A DNA stretch of 63,908 nt, filler included, from Octopus bimaculoides (GCF_001194135.2; 6 parts of 6 records of this genome joined end to end with filler, not necessarily neighbours in it); one strand, 5' to 3'. Shown: positions 1 to 11,529, counted from the whole stretch's first letter. Notes: generated from the sequence alone by a model not told the origin. Translations and numbers: made by a program.

Positions 1-169
1 CTCCCCTCCCCCTCCTGCTCCTCCCCTCCTCCTCCTCCTCCCCACCATCTTCCGCTCGTTGTAACTTGATCTTTTTGTATGACGGACGATAGAAATGTCT
101 TATGATAGTTGCACGAAGACCGCGTTTTTGAGGGCTGACTGTCCTAGTTCTACCCCTCTCTCACAAACA

Positions 170-1475
170 CTCGAACTCACAAACACTGCATCTCTCGCTA
201 TCACTCAAAACAAAACATACTGGCCTTGTCTAATATAATGTGTAGACAAGGAGAAACATGTGCAACGTACAAGATCACATCCGAGTGAGACGCCGAAGGA
301 GTGGTGTTGGGACTCACCCAACAGTGCCAGCTTTCTCCATGTGTCTGTACCCCAGTTCCATACAAAGTAGTTTCCCAGTTGAAATTGTCTCCAGTAAACA
401 CCAAGAAAGAGTGGCAGCATTTTGAAGATGTGTACAGCATCCTACATGTAGCAGACAAGGGTCGATTACAGGCCATATCGACCATCATTGACCTCCAGAT
501 TCATCCCTATCTTGGAGTTGGAAACAAAAAGAAACTCTACGAGACAAAAGTCACAGGGCCACCAAAAGACGAGAACAGATAGAGTGGGGAGAGTATAGTT
601 CGATACGAATTAGCCAACCTCTTACGACTCCCCTCCAGAAGTCTCTCAGACGAGTTTGTGGTGACACGAATAACAGAAGTCATGAAGTAGAGGAGAGACC
701 CACCAGGGATAGTAAAATAACAGCAGCTAGTAATAAAATTTGTACAGGTAGAAAGTGGAGTTGTACCAGGGAATTGCAGGTAGCAGAGGAATGGTAAAAG
801 TAGAAGGATTTTGTTGGGACCATGGCAACGAGGCATTCGGACTTGGAGTATTTTCCAATCGGCCAGATTGATAACACCAAAAGAAAGGAGCGATTACATC
901 TCGTCCAAGAAGTTGTTGCGGATGCAGAGGAAGCACGGATTAGTAAGAAGGAGATTCGACAAGGTGGGGGCAATATTCAACAGCAAAACACCACTTAATT
1001 GTATCTCTGGTGGGGGTGACATCTATCGCATCAGATTATTGATCCACGCTGTCTACGACACCTTACAAAGTCCGACAATCGTTCACACGTGGAGCAAGAG
1101 TGATGCGCCCTCTTATTCCTTCTAAACAAGGAGAGAATCTATTTCACACCTCCACAGAAGCTACTCCAAAGCCTTGGCTGATGGTTACTGCTGCTGGCAA
1201 CATGACGAGGAGCTCAATGCAGCTGCAGGAGGTGAGCACAATAGCCATTCAGTTTACTAACACCCTCAACAGAACGAAACCGTTACCTTTCTCAAAGCTC
1301 TGTTCACTGAAACACCAAGGGCTGTGCCTACTTTCCACAACCTCAGATTGACAGATGAGAGGGGATCATGATAAACAACTAAAGTTTCGAGACACATCAA
1401 ACAGAACTCTGCCCAGACACAGTTACCTTCTCACATTCTACGAAACAGGTCATCATGCAGGAACAGACTGTGTTT
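170..1475 (+). mobile_element. Degenerate RLE-type non-LTR retrotransposon (R2/NeSL-like) with the RT domain deleted
   Basis: Frame-broken peptides occur in canonical order: pre-RT KEWQHFEDVYSILHVADKGRLQAISTII; post-RT LPSRSLSDEF, TGRKW and KERLHLVQEV; RIRLLIHAVYDTLQSP followed by a decayed CCHC knuckle and KALADGYCCWQHD; RLE-like LCPDTV..STKQVIMQEQTV. Multiple stops and frameshifts. Clade assigned from remembered motifs. Confidence 0.8.
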
Positions 1476-1493
1476 TGATTTTTGATGTTTAAC

Positions 1494-1631
1494 TGTCGTC
1501 TGTTTCATTGAATTAGTTTTTGCATTGTTTCCCGACTTCTTTTCTTATTCAGTAAAGTGGATTTATGTTTATTACTTTAGACTGTAATTATTGGATTTAG
1601 TTGTGTTGTTATTTTATTTTTGCTAGTTCCA
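1494..1631. repeat. About 140-bp direct repeat, copy 1 (copy 2 at 2493-2633)
   Basis: TGTCGTCTGTTTCATTGAATT...TTTTGCTAGTTCCA is present twice, about 1 kb apart, with scattered substitutions. Confidence 0.85.
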
Positions 1632-1816
1632 GTCCCTAGCGCTAGGTCCAAGTCACTTGGCATATATAAGTCAGCTAGGGAATACCTTCTCTTTGTTAAG
1701 ACTTCTAACATCTGAGGCCAAATTTTATCTTCTCCAGCGGTCTTACCATGTTTGTGCGCTTTAATCGCCTCAATGGCTTCAGCCTTTATGAGGTTAGTCT
1801 TCGTCTCTAGATACAC
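1632..1816 (-). mobile_element. RTE-like LINE ORF2 fragment (region just upstream of RT)
   Basis: AEAIEAIKAHKHGKTAGEDKIWPQMLEVL resembles the EVxxAIKxLKxGKAAGxDxIxPEMLK motif of APE-type LINEs. Confidence 0.6.
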
Positions 1817-2096
1817 CTCGTGTCCACAAGAAGATTTTATTGTGACTGGATTTACTTTTCTTAATATTTGACTTACAAAAAAACCAAATACCGAAAAAAT
1901 AAAAGAAATAAAAATATATTAAGCAGTTTTATAATGAAGCAGAAACTATTCTCAAAATGGAGATGTCGTGTAAAAAATTTGCCGTTTTCCCACGATCTCT
2001 TTAAAACCACTGATAATCTGAAGTAAAGATTCAAAGCTTCTTTTATGTCATACAAACGAAACAAGAAAACCTACAACCACATTAAACAATATAACT

Positions 2097-2310
2097 CAAT
2101 ACACACACACATATACACATACACTCACATATGCACACAAATAAACACATATATTTATACAACTACGTATACACGTACTTTCACAATCACACCACACACG
2201 CACACTCACACATACACACATCCCTTCACACATATTCATTCACACACACGCCACACACACACATACACACATCCCTTCACACATACTCATTCACACACAC
2301 ACACACACAC
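2097..2310. repeat. Compound (CA/TA)n microsatellite with an internal tandem duplication of about 50 bp
   Basis: CACATACACACATCCCTTCACACATAYTCATTCACACAC occurs twice in tandem. Confidence 0.85.
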
Positions 2311-2492
2311 TACTACCAGAGTGATGATCACGCCATTTGATCGTGAAACGTGACAGCATCACATACAAAAAACCCTCAGGCGAATCCAACGTTACATTCT
2401 CGACCTTATTGTGAAGTATTTAAGTCACAAACAGAACATAGTACGCGACAATTAACAACAGATTATTTAACAAAATGGTCGCCATTTTTTTT

Positions 2493-2633
2493 TGTCGTCT
2501 GTTTCATTGAATTGGTTTTTACGTTGTTTCACAATTTCTTTTCTTATTCAGTAAAGTGGATTTGTGTTTATTACTTTTTATGACTGTAATCATTGGATTT
2601 AGCTGTGCTGTTATTTTATTTTTGCTAGTTCCA
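2493..2633. repeat. About 140-bp direct repeat, copy 2
   Basis: Aligns by eye to 1494-1631. Confidence 0.85.
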
Positions 2634-2695
2634 TTCCTCAGAAGAAGAGACATTCTTTCTCCTGCTCCTTCAACCCTTTCTCTCCAGTCTCTTGC

Positions 2696-2728
<33 letters not shown>

Positions 2729-2737
2729 TATCCCCAT

Positions 2738-2899
2738 CGTTCTGACTTCAAATTCCGCCGAGGTCGACTTTGCCTTTCATCCTTTCGGGGTCGATTAAAT
2801 AAGTACCAGTTACGCACTGGGGTCGATGTAATCGACTTAATCCCTTTGTCTGTCCTTGTTTGTCCCTTCTATTTTTAGCCCCTTGTGGGCAATAAAGAA
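2738..2899 (+). mobile_element. SINE family A, 5'-truncated long-tail variant
   Basis: Body TTCAAATTCCGCCGAGGTCGACTTTGCCTTTCATCCTTTCGGGGTCGA is shared with many copies in the window; tail ends AGCCCCTTGTGGGCAATAAAGAA. Confidence 0.85.
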
Positions 2900-3251
2900 T
2901 TTAATTATACATATATCTATATATATACGTGTGTCTATCTATATATTTACTTTATATGTATACTGTGTGTGTGTATATATATATATGTATGTATATGTGT
3001 TTTTACATATGTACAAACACATATACACACAACCATATGCCCGGCAACCGTGTTCCCGTGTATACTAATAATACTCTGTCCCCTTTCTCTGCGAAAGTAG
3101 CATTATATATAAGCCCTTCAACTGCTTTAAACTAACAGTACTACCTCAACACCTGTCACATAGGGATTATGGGTAATTTTGTAATCACTTAGACGTCAGA
3201 TGTTTAGCTCCTTACACTACCTACCTACCTACCTACCTACCTACATGCATA

Positions 3252-3466
3252 CGAGGAAGTGCTGAAAAGTTCCTGGCTTTAAGGGTATCGCGAAAGGCCT
3301 GGTTAGAAATTCAACTTCCGAGTTCTTTTACAAGGCTTAGAAAAAACTGAAGGACCGTTGCAATAAGTGTGTGAATCTTAGAGGGGAATATGTTGAATAA
3401 AATCATAATTAACTGATCCTTCTGTATTGTTTTTACTCAAAGCCAGGACCTTTTCAGCATCCCTCG
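3252..3466 (+). mobile_element. Mariner-derived MITE
   Basis: TIRs of about 28 bp (CGAGGAAGTGCTGAAAAGTTCCTGGCTTT / AAAGCCAGGACCTTTTCAGCATCCCTCG); TA at 3250-51 and 3467-68; internal KDRCNKCVNLRGEYVE* is a mariner transposase C-terminus. Confidence 0.92.
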
Positions 3467-3468
3467 TA

Positions 3469-4230
3469 ACTGGTGACCCCGATGTGATGTCTGGCTTCTG
3501 ATTGGACAATAACTCGGCTGCACACATGGTCAAGCCGTTGCTATGCCGTGGCTTGAAATCCGCAATGTGGTAAATGTTAATGTTCGAAGGACAGACCACC
3601 CAAAGTAGATGATTTGCTCCTCGCACCACCATTTACCACCGTCCGCACCTCAGCTGCTGTTATCGACCTTTCGCGGTGCCGAAAGTCACGACAGGTCTTT
3701 GAGATATCGCGTCCACTACTGTCTCTGGCTCACCGCTCGCCCCAAGTAATTGACCAATGTACTGCTGGAAAGTCGCTTACATTTGTTTGAAAGTGAGTAA
3801 CAGGCACCTATCTTGATCCATCAAAGACCAAATTGTGACTTAATTGCTATGCTGCACCTCCACCACCGGAGTCCATCAAACAGATTTAGTTTCCTCTTGT
3901 TTAAGAGCACCGCTTCATGCTTATAACAACACATGTTTCACGCTAGAGAAATGGTTGAAAGGCTATTTTCACCACCAGTACGTCGGTCACGATGTCTTTT
4001 CTGATCGTCTCTTCTACTTTGTTCATTGTCCCCTTCTTTAATCTATCGCTTTCTATTGCTAATTCTTTGCTGAATGTTATTGATCTTGTTCTAATTGCCC
4101 TCTTCAAAGCAGACTGCCACCGATCGGTGACAGTCTTTCTCGCCAACAACCACTTAGGTTGCTCTAAGCATTGCGTACCAGCAACGATGCGTTCAGCTTC
4201 TATCAACCGTGTCGCCATATCTGCGTCTTA
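3469..4230 (-). mobile_element. Tx1/L1-like LINE remnant (probable ORF1 C-terminus to ORF2 start)
   Basis: ORF 3943-4218 plus frameshifted continuation (WTPVVEV), then an INIYHIADFKPR..LLSNQKPDI segment weakly resembling an APE endonuclease N-terminus. Family assignment is from memory. Confidence 0.5.
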
Positions 4231-4413
4231 TTTAGGTGAACCGCATAAATCACAAGTTTATGGTCCATGTAGCAGACATCTTTCTTATCTGCTGATACAA
4301 CAAAATACTACCTACGTTTCATACGAATGATCCTATGTGTATTTCTAACACATACTTTTATTCTTTTATACGTTTCAGCCTTGCAACAGCAGGCATGCAG
4401 GGAGCAGGCTGTA

Positions 4414-4452
<39 letters not shown>

Positions 4453-4541
4453 NNNNNNNNNNNNNNNNNNNNNNNNNNNNNNNNNNNNNNNNNNNNNNNN
4501 NNNNNNNNNNNNNNNNNNNNNNNNNNNNNNNCTCTAGGCAC

Positions 4542-4650
4542 AAGTCCCGAAATTTTTGGGGAGGGGGCAGTCGATTACATCGCCCCCAGTACGCAAATGG
4601 TACTTAATTTATCGACCCTCGAAAGGATGAAAGGCAAAGTCGACCTTGGC
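4542..4650 (-). mobile_element. SINE family A, 3' part
   Basis: Reverse complement of the family A body and short tail (..GGGACTTGTGCCTAGAG). Confidence 0.85.
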
Positions 4651-4652
4651 GA

Positions 4653-4687
<35 letters not shown>

Positions 4688-4704
4688 ATGTTATTTATAG
4701 TACG

Positions 4705-4757
4705 TTATTATTATTATTTTACTATTATTATTATTATTATTGTTATTATTATTATTA

Positions 4758-4805
<48 letters not shown>
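4705..4805. repeat. (ATT)n microsatellite, preceded by (TATC)n at about 4654-4686
   Basis: Seen directly in the sequence. Confidence 0.95.
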
Positions 4806-4806
<1 letters not shown>

Positions 4807-4808
4807 GG

Positions 4809-4952
4809 AAGGCGGCGTTCAAATTCCGCCGAGATCGACTTTGCCTTTCATCCTTTCGGGGTCGTAATTAAGTACTAGTGAAACACTTGGGTCAATGTAA
4901 TCGACTAGTCCCCTCCCCTCAAATTCCAGGCATTGTGCCTATAGTAGAAAGG
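4809..4952 (+). mobile_element. SINE family A with most of the tRNA head deleted
   Basis: AAGGCGGC jumps directly to GTTCAAATTCC; followed by an (ATT)n tail. Confidence 0.85.
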
Positions 4953-4979
4953 ATTATTATTATTATTATTATTATTATT

Positions 4980-5193
4980 AAGGAGGCGAGCTGGCAGAGT
5001 CGTTAGCACGCTGGGCGAAATGCTTAGTGGTATTTCGTCCGTCGTTACGTTCTGAGTTCAAAATCTACCGAGGTCGATTTTCCCTTTCATCTTTTCGGGC
5101 TCGATAAATTAAATACCAGTGACATACTGGAGTCAATGTAATCGACTAATTCCCGCCCCCCAAATTTCAGGCCTTGTGCCTATGGTAGACAGG
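4980..5193 (+). mobile_element. SINE family A, full length (tRNA-derived)
   Basis: Head AAGGAGGCGAGCTGGCAGAGTCGTTAG (A-box-like), B box GAGTTCAAA, family body and tail. Confidence 0.9.
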
Positions 5194-5897
5194 ATCATCA
5201 TCATCATGATTCATTTCGTTCATCATCTACAGCTACATCTGTATTCATGATTGTTTTATTTCTATTATTCAATTTTAGAAGAATTGAACCTCGTCTGGCA
5301 TTCAGGAGTGCATTGAATTTGTTTTGTACGTAACTTTTGGTCTAGCCTGTATATGTATACACAGCGCACACACACACACACACGCACGTTTGTAGGTGAG
5401 CGTGTGTGTTTATAGACATGCTCTCATTCACACACCAAATAACACTATACATTAAATTTGTACACTGCTAATTTATAGAGCTATGATTATATAAAGCATG
5501 AAGAGAGAATATTTATATGAAGCTAATAATAACAAGGGAGCAAAAATAAAAAGAAAGCTTACAGCAGGTATTTTTGATGTGAGCAATCGTATGTAATGAC
5601 CGGATATAGTGATGATTGCGTGTGTGTGTGTGTGATGGGGGTGTGTGCAAACGCCATTGGAACACGTAATCTATGTTTAATTGTGTGTGTGTGTATTTGT
5701 TATACAATAACATTATGGAATTAAATTATAATGTGGCAGTCGCATTTCTTACCTCTACCCTCTTCCAATAATCATTACTATAAATTACTCGTTAATTTCT
5801 TAATTAGGGAAATGAAGTTTAAACCTGAGCCAGTAAATCGGAGAGCAAAACACCTTGTTGTGTTTGGTTAGGTGTATTTAATGTTCTGAGCTTTTAT

Positions 5898-6270
5898 AGA
5901 CATGGCTGTGTGGTAAAGAAGATTGCGTTGAAACGACGTGGATTAGAGTTCGGTCCTGGTGCACGGCGTTTTTGCAAGAGTCTTCTACAGCAGCTTCGCG
6001 TTGTGTCTACCATCACAGAAACGAGGAATTTAGTTGATGGAAACTGCGAAAGTTCCTCTGAAGGATTGATGCTGTGTTGGATTGTGGTCTTCATCAGTTG
6101 CCCCGTCACCTGTCTGTTGAATGTTTTGGGCATAGTCTTCTCCGTTTCAAACATTCAGATCAGCTCTCCATTCTAAGAATAACCAACAACCAACTCCTTT
6201 TCCCCATCACCGGTTACAGACGACATGGAAAAAGTTGATACGCGCTGCTGTTCGATCTTTTGATCGAACC
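5898..6270 (+). mobile_element. Old, diverged SINE related to family B
   Basis: GGCTGTGTGGTAAAGAAGATTGC head, GCAAGAGTCTTCTAC and GATGGAAACTG landmarks; hairpin GTTCGATC-TTTT-GATCGAAC at 6250-6269. Confidence 0.45.
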
Positions 6271-7096
6271 AGTAAAATTATGGGCGATACTGTTAAAGGG
6301 GCATCACTTTTGGGTCTGCTGTAGGCAATATGTGTTTTTTGTGTATTTCCTTATGTATTACAATCCATACTTCGCGTACGCGCATTTTGGATTAATCAGT
6401 GATATGTAATGCAATAATGTGTTAATTACGCGCCTAAATCAATCAATAATTAATTGACTATAGTATTATATAGATCTAGAAAAATCAACGCCAGCAAATC
6501 CTCCTCAGAACGACCACATTGCGAAGAATGTATGACATAGAATATAATAGCAGATTACCCGCTGTTGTCCAAAGCTTGCAGTAAATGAAAGGAAGTACAA
6601 TCATTATAAAAAATAAATCAAATAAACGTTAAGGTGGTATTGACCCATGATACAATAAGATTTCTGTAATACGCAGTATGTGTGTATATTGATGTTTTTG
6701 CATATATGAGTGCGTAAAATTCAATTGCGTGTTACGCAGTACTTTAAAAGAACAATTGAATATGTAAAAATAAATTTCGGATAGAAAATATAAAATTTAA
6801 CCTCAGTGTGGAAAGTAAACAAAATACCAACAAAACAAGTCTATCGCACATGACAGCACAGGAAATGACATTGCAAAACCAATTTGTCGATAGGTTGAAA
6901 TGCAAGGCAGATTATTTTAGTAAATTCCCAATTTAACCGCGCTGTGAAAAAAACTGCAAGGTGATCAATATGTTTACTGTTCACCAGGAGTTTAAATCCC
7001 ATGTATACTAAAAAGGCTTACTTTACCCTACAAACTATCCTGCATTTGTATATATATATATGTATATGCATAAGTATATATATATGTATATGTGTG

Positions 7097-7135
<39 letters not shown>

Positions 7136-8359
7136 NNNNNNNNNNNNNNNNNNNNNNNNNNNNNNNNNNNNNNNNNNNNNNNNNNNNNNNNNNNNNNNNN
7201 NNNNNNNNNNNNNNNNNNNNNNNNNNNNNNNNNNNNNNNNNNNNNNNNNNNNNNNNNNNNNNNNNNNNNNNNNNNNNNNNNNNNNNNNNNNNNNNNNNNN
7301 NNNNNNNNNNNNNNNNNNNNNNNNNNNNNNNNNNNNNNNNNNNNNNNNNNNNNNNNNNNNNNNNNNNNNNNNNNNNNNNNNNNNNNNNNNNNNNNNNNNN
7401 NNNNNNNNNNNNNNNNNNNNNNNNNNNNNNNNNNNNNNNNNNNNNNNNNNNNNNNNNNNNNNNNNNNNNNNNNNNNNNNNNNNNNNNNNNNNNNNNNNNN
7501 NNNNNNNNNNNNNNNNNNNNNNNNNNNNNNNNNNNNNNNNNNNNNNNNNNNNNNNNNNNNNNNNNNNNNNNNNNNNNNNNNNNNNNNNNNNNNNNNNNNN
7601 NNNNNNNNNNNNNNNNNNNNNNNNNNNNNNNNNNNNNNNNNNNNNNNNNNNNNNNNNNNNNNNNNNNNNNNNNNNNNNNNNNNNNNNNNNNNNNNNNNNN
7701 NNNNNNNNNNNNNNNNNNNNNNNNNNNNNNNNNNNNNNNNNNNNNNNNNNNNNNNNNNNNNNNNNNNNNNNNNNNNNNNNNNNNNNNNNNNNNNNNNNNN
7801 NNNNNNNNNNNNNNNNNNNNNNNNNNNNNNNNNNNNNNNNNNNNNNNNNNNNNNNNNNNNNNNNNNNNNNNNNNNNNNNNNNNNNNNNNNNNNNNNNNNN
7901 NNNNNNNNNNNNNNNNNNNATATATATATTCTGTGTATAATAATAGGTGATCTTTCTCTGATAAATTTTTAAAGAAACCCGAAACTAGACAAAATGAATC
8001 CTGTTTCTATCCACGGTGAGATAATCTCCCTGCTGTAACCACTTCTTTTAATCTCTCAGGACATGACTAAATCGTTTATAAAAAGGAAAAAAAGATCCAC
8101 ATTACATTTCAAATTATTGTTAATTCGCAATCAAGACTCATGGACATTTATACAGATCAGACAGAGCAATTTAGCCCCGTTCATGGATAAATAAGTCTTT
8201 GCTGCAAGCATTTTTGCCTTTTTAACTGCGACGTCAGCAGGCTCACCTTGCATTTCAAATTCTCTTTCTTTCTCGCCGTGTGAATTGCCTGTGAGTGTGT
8301 GGCTGTTTGTGTGTGTACCTGTCTCTATGTGAGCGTACACATACACTAGTAAAAAACAA

Positions 8360-8830
8360 TAAGGATAGTTCTGTTTCCTTTCTGTGATTCTTAATGCTTC
8401 TGCATTAAATCTTGCATAATACTCTTCTTGTTTTTCGTGGTATCGTTTGCAGCGTTTCTCTCCAGTTCAAGGCGGGCGTTGACCTCTTGTGATTATTCTT
8501 CGTCTTCTTTCTGTAGTTCAAAGTCGAGTAGTTTGTCGGCAACAGAGATTTTTTTTGTTTTTGTTTAAACTTGCAATTTCTTCATTCATCTTCATTATTT
8601 TAGTTTACTCTTTCACCTAATTTATTTTCTGGCATAGAAGTCGCCGCAATATGTTACTCACCTGCTAACCAGGAAGGACCTCGAGAAGACGGTCCAAGCT
8701 TGGCCTTTCTAATTTCCTGATTTCTGGATCTGACCAGAAAGTCCCTTGCAGACTGGTGTTCTCTCTTTAAAAGTTTCCGTGGTAATATCCCCAAAATTTA
8801 AAACTTCCCAAGAAGTGGTCGAACTTGGTC
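8360..8830 (-). mobile_element. Probable LINE 5' UTR and ORF1 N-terminal remnant
   Basis: GC-richer leader followed by a decayed coiled-coil-like frame MKMNEEIASLNKN..SVADKLLDFELQKEDEE*SQEVNARLELER. Confidence 0.4.
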
Positions 8831-9029
8831 ACGAGTTGAATTTCTTTTGCATATGTCTGCGTGCGCGCGCGCGCGTGCATATAAGTGCGTATGTTTGTGT
8901 ATATGCATGTATGCATGTGTATGTATATATAACTATATATCTATGTATATACATAAAATAAGATAAATAATATATATATATGCATATATATATTCGCCAT
9001 GATAGATCGCTGACCACTACACTTATATT

Positions 9030-9185
9030 TTTTTCTCTCCTTGTTTCTTTCTGTGTTCCTTTCTGCTGAAGAGTGTAGGCTCGAAACGTTAAAGACTTTC
9101 TCTATTCCCGAGCGTTATACTAATACATCCATTTGTTGTTTACACCACCTGTCTTCGTCTGTTGTTTTTTTTCGTGAATTCTCCC
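9030..9185 (+). mobile_element. Penelope-like terminal repeat, family P1 copy 1
   Basis: Homologous to 26478-26640 (-) and 54640-54790 (-); contains a hammerhead-like fold. Confidence 0.7.
9059..9094 (+). ncRNA. Minimal hammerhead-like motif, A6C core variant
   Basis: Stem I CTTT/AAAG; core CTGCTGAA; stem II GAGT-gtag-GCTC; GAAA; palindrome ACGT; cleavage triplet GUU. Confidence 0.55.
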
Positions 9186-9477
9186 ATATATATATATATA
9201 TATATATATATATCTTAGAAGACATTGTTTTCAAAACACAGAAGGGTTATTAAGTTTAGGAGGGGTAAATAATATAATAATAGAGGAGGAGACAGTGAAT
9301 TTTAAAACGTTATGATGACGTCAGCATTTATAATCTTCCTCTATTTTCTCTAACCCTCCCAAACTTCATCAACACCCTGCGTTTTAGCAACAACGTCTCC
9401 AGTAAATATAAACCGAAAGATATTTTACCGATTTCACTGATTTAAAAACTGCCCTCGGCGAAAATTCGGAGGTGATG

Positions 9478-9513
<36 letters not shown>

Positions 9514-9515
<2 letters not shown>

Positions 9516-9560
9516 TAGCAACTAAGCCCGGTTTCACCCGGTCTGTTTGGATGATATGGC
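9514..9560 (+). mobile_element. Possible Helentron/Helitron-like 5' end
   Basis: ACTAGCAACTAAGCCCGGTTTCACCCGG directly after a (TA)n tract; no matching 3' end confirmed. Confidence 0.3.
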
Positions 9561-9840
9561 TGTAAAACCTGCTCTGTGTAAGCATTCGACTTGTTTGCGC
9601 ACGCTTACATTAAAAAGAGTCAAGTTATGGCTGCTATATCTAGCATGGTGGTATCTCTTAGATACTCTTAATATAATTTTTATATTTATATATATATATA
9701 CACGCATATGTATTAATGTTTGTTTTTATATTCACTTATAATAAAAACAATTTTACATTAATCTGTGAGGTTAGTTTATACTTTTGTAGAGTACAAATTT
9801 ATTATTCTTATGCAAGAATATTATTGACAGTAACTTCGAA

Positions 9841-9915
9841 TTTCCAACCAGTTACGCCATCATCACCGTCGGCAGTCTGACGATGGCATAACTAGCCGAA
9901 ACTTGGAAGTTGTAG
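9841..9915 (+). other. Imperfect fold-back whose right arm carries a hammerhead core (probable PLE remnant)
   Basis: CTGACGA-T-GGC..GCC-GAAA-CTTGGAAG-TT at 9877-9911; 9842-9865 is a near reverse complement of 9878-9908; stem I does not form well. Confidence 0.4.
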
Positions 9916-10011
9916 AGATGTACGTATCTATAACTCCCTGTATGCATGGTCTGCTACTTATAGGCGTTTTACCTTTGTTGTACATCATTTCCTCTCGTTA
10001 AATATTTTTAA

Positions 10012-10209
10012 CCCTTTAGCATTCTTATTATTTATTCACAGTGTTTCGAATTAATCAGGAATTATCTTGTAGCTTCAAAATTCTGATGACGAGGTAGTTT
10101 ATTTTTAGAATGACATTGTAGGGTGGGTGCGGAGGGCTAGATTCGGCCAGTTTGAACACAAAGCAGGTAGAATATTTTGGCCGGATATGGTCGGTTTAAA
10201 TGATAAACA
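10012..10209 (+). mobile_element. piggyBac-like MITE with a degraded right end
   Basis: TTAA (10008-11) followed by CCCTTTAGCATT; right end AAATGATAAA is a partial inverse; homologous interior at 61750-61915. Confidence 0.55.
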
Positions 10210-10470
10210 TTTCCTATACAGACACCCATTTTACAAAGTGCCCTACCTATTTGACAATGTAAATTATGGTTAGGGTGAAGTTGTATAGATATCTGGAGAG
10301 TTAGATTGATCAGTATGTGTGTTAGGAAGAGAGGCATTGCAAGAAATTTTGTATATGACAATACCTTGGGAAATAGGGAAATAGGGAAATAGGACAATTT
10401 ATTCCGTATATTAATATATTCATTATTCTTAATAGCTATTATAGTTCATTCAAAACTACGCACGTATCGT

Positions 10471-10715
10471 GTGTGAAGGTGTCAGGCCCAGTGGTTAGGG
10501 TGATGCACACACGATCGCTAGATCATGGGTTCAATAGCAAGACCGGGCAGCGCGTTGTGTTCTTGAGCAAGACACTTCATTTCACATTGCTCCAGTCCCA
10601 TTTTCGATCGGCGGTCGGGATGCTGGCTTGCTCGCCTAGTCAGCAGTGTTACGTCACTTGAAGGCTAAAACAATGCAAAGCGCATTGTGACCAACGATGT
10701 GTAGCATAAACGTAT
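10471..10715 (+). mobile_element. SINE family C (tRNA head + CORE-like domain), tail type 1
   Basis: GTGAAGG..AGTGGTTAGGG head; TTGTGTTCTTGAGCAAGACACTTCATTTCACATTGCTCCAGTC resembles the MIR CORE domain. Confidence 0.8.
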
Positions 10716-11387
10716 GTAGGGAAATGAATTCAGGAGTTTGAGGGGTGGGGAAGCCCCTATATCAATAACCAAACATACGCGCGCACAAGTATTATACAGA
10801 AACGTTTTCAAATGGGAAACCAAGGCGTCATTCCAAAAGCAAAAGAATTGTTGGTTACGAAGCATGGAGCAACTATCGAAAAAGCAGCTTCTCTTAATAA
10901 AATCACGCTTGCACTGCACCATATATGCACTGAAGGAAAAGCCACAGCACCGGAACCTTGCACCTGCACAATGGATAACATCTCAAACGGTCAATAATAT
11001 GTGTTTGTCTCTCTCTTTCTCTCTCTTTTACTTTTCTAGATCTCTGACGCTGATCTTAATATAATATAGAGGAAAACCAAACACCGAGGACACGATTCCT
11101 GCTCTCGTTATATGACAAAATTATCTCTACCCGCTCCACTCAATTCTCTTCTATAATCACACACGCACATATATATAAATACCTATGTATATAAATATAT
11201 ATAAGAACAACATCAGTGTCAATCGTTAGACGACTGATCGCTTCAAGGATGGTTTTATTACAACCGCGGAAACCTCCGATGTATTATCCCGGATGGCAGG
11301 TATGTTGGCAGGTGTCTCTTTCTGGCTTTCTTTCTTTCCAACCATTATTCCTTTTCAGTCATTTCATTCCCTTTTCTTTTGCTTGTC

Positions 11388-11427
<40 letters not shown>

Positions 11428-11529
11428 TTTCTCTCAATAATTCTTTCTTGCTGTTTATATTCGCGTTAAACTCCAAAAATTCCTCTCCGTACAGTGAAGG
11501 TTTTTTTTTCCTGCTTGGATCGGGCAATT

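Noticed and set aside
8247-8288. 42-nt minus-strand exon candidate (NSHGEKEREFEMQ)
   Set aside because: The donor is good but the acceptor lies in a CA-repeat with no pyrimidine tract, and the peptide is unrecognised.
9240-9390. Degenerate Tc1/mariner-like inverted repeat
   Set aside because: The arms are too diverged and AG-rich to separate from low-complexity chance similarity.
10083-10100. CTGATGA inside the piggyBac-like MITE
   Set aside because: No stem II or GAAA follows.
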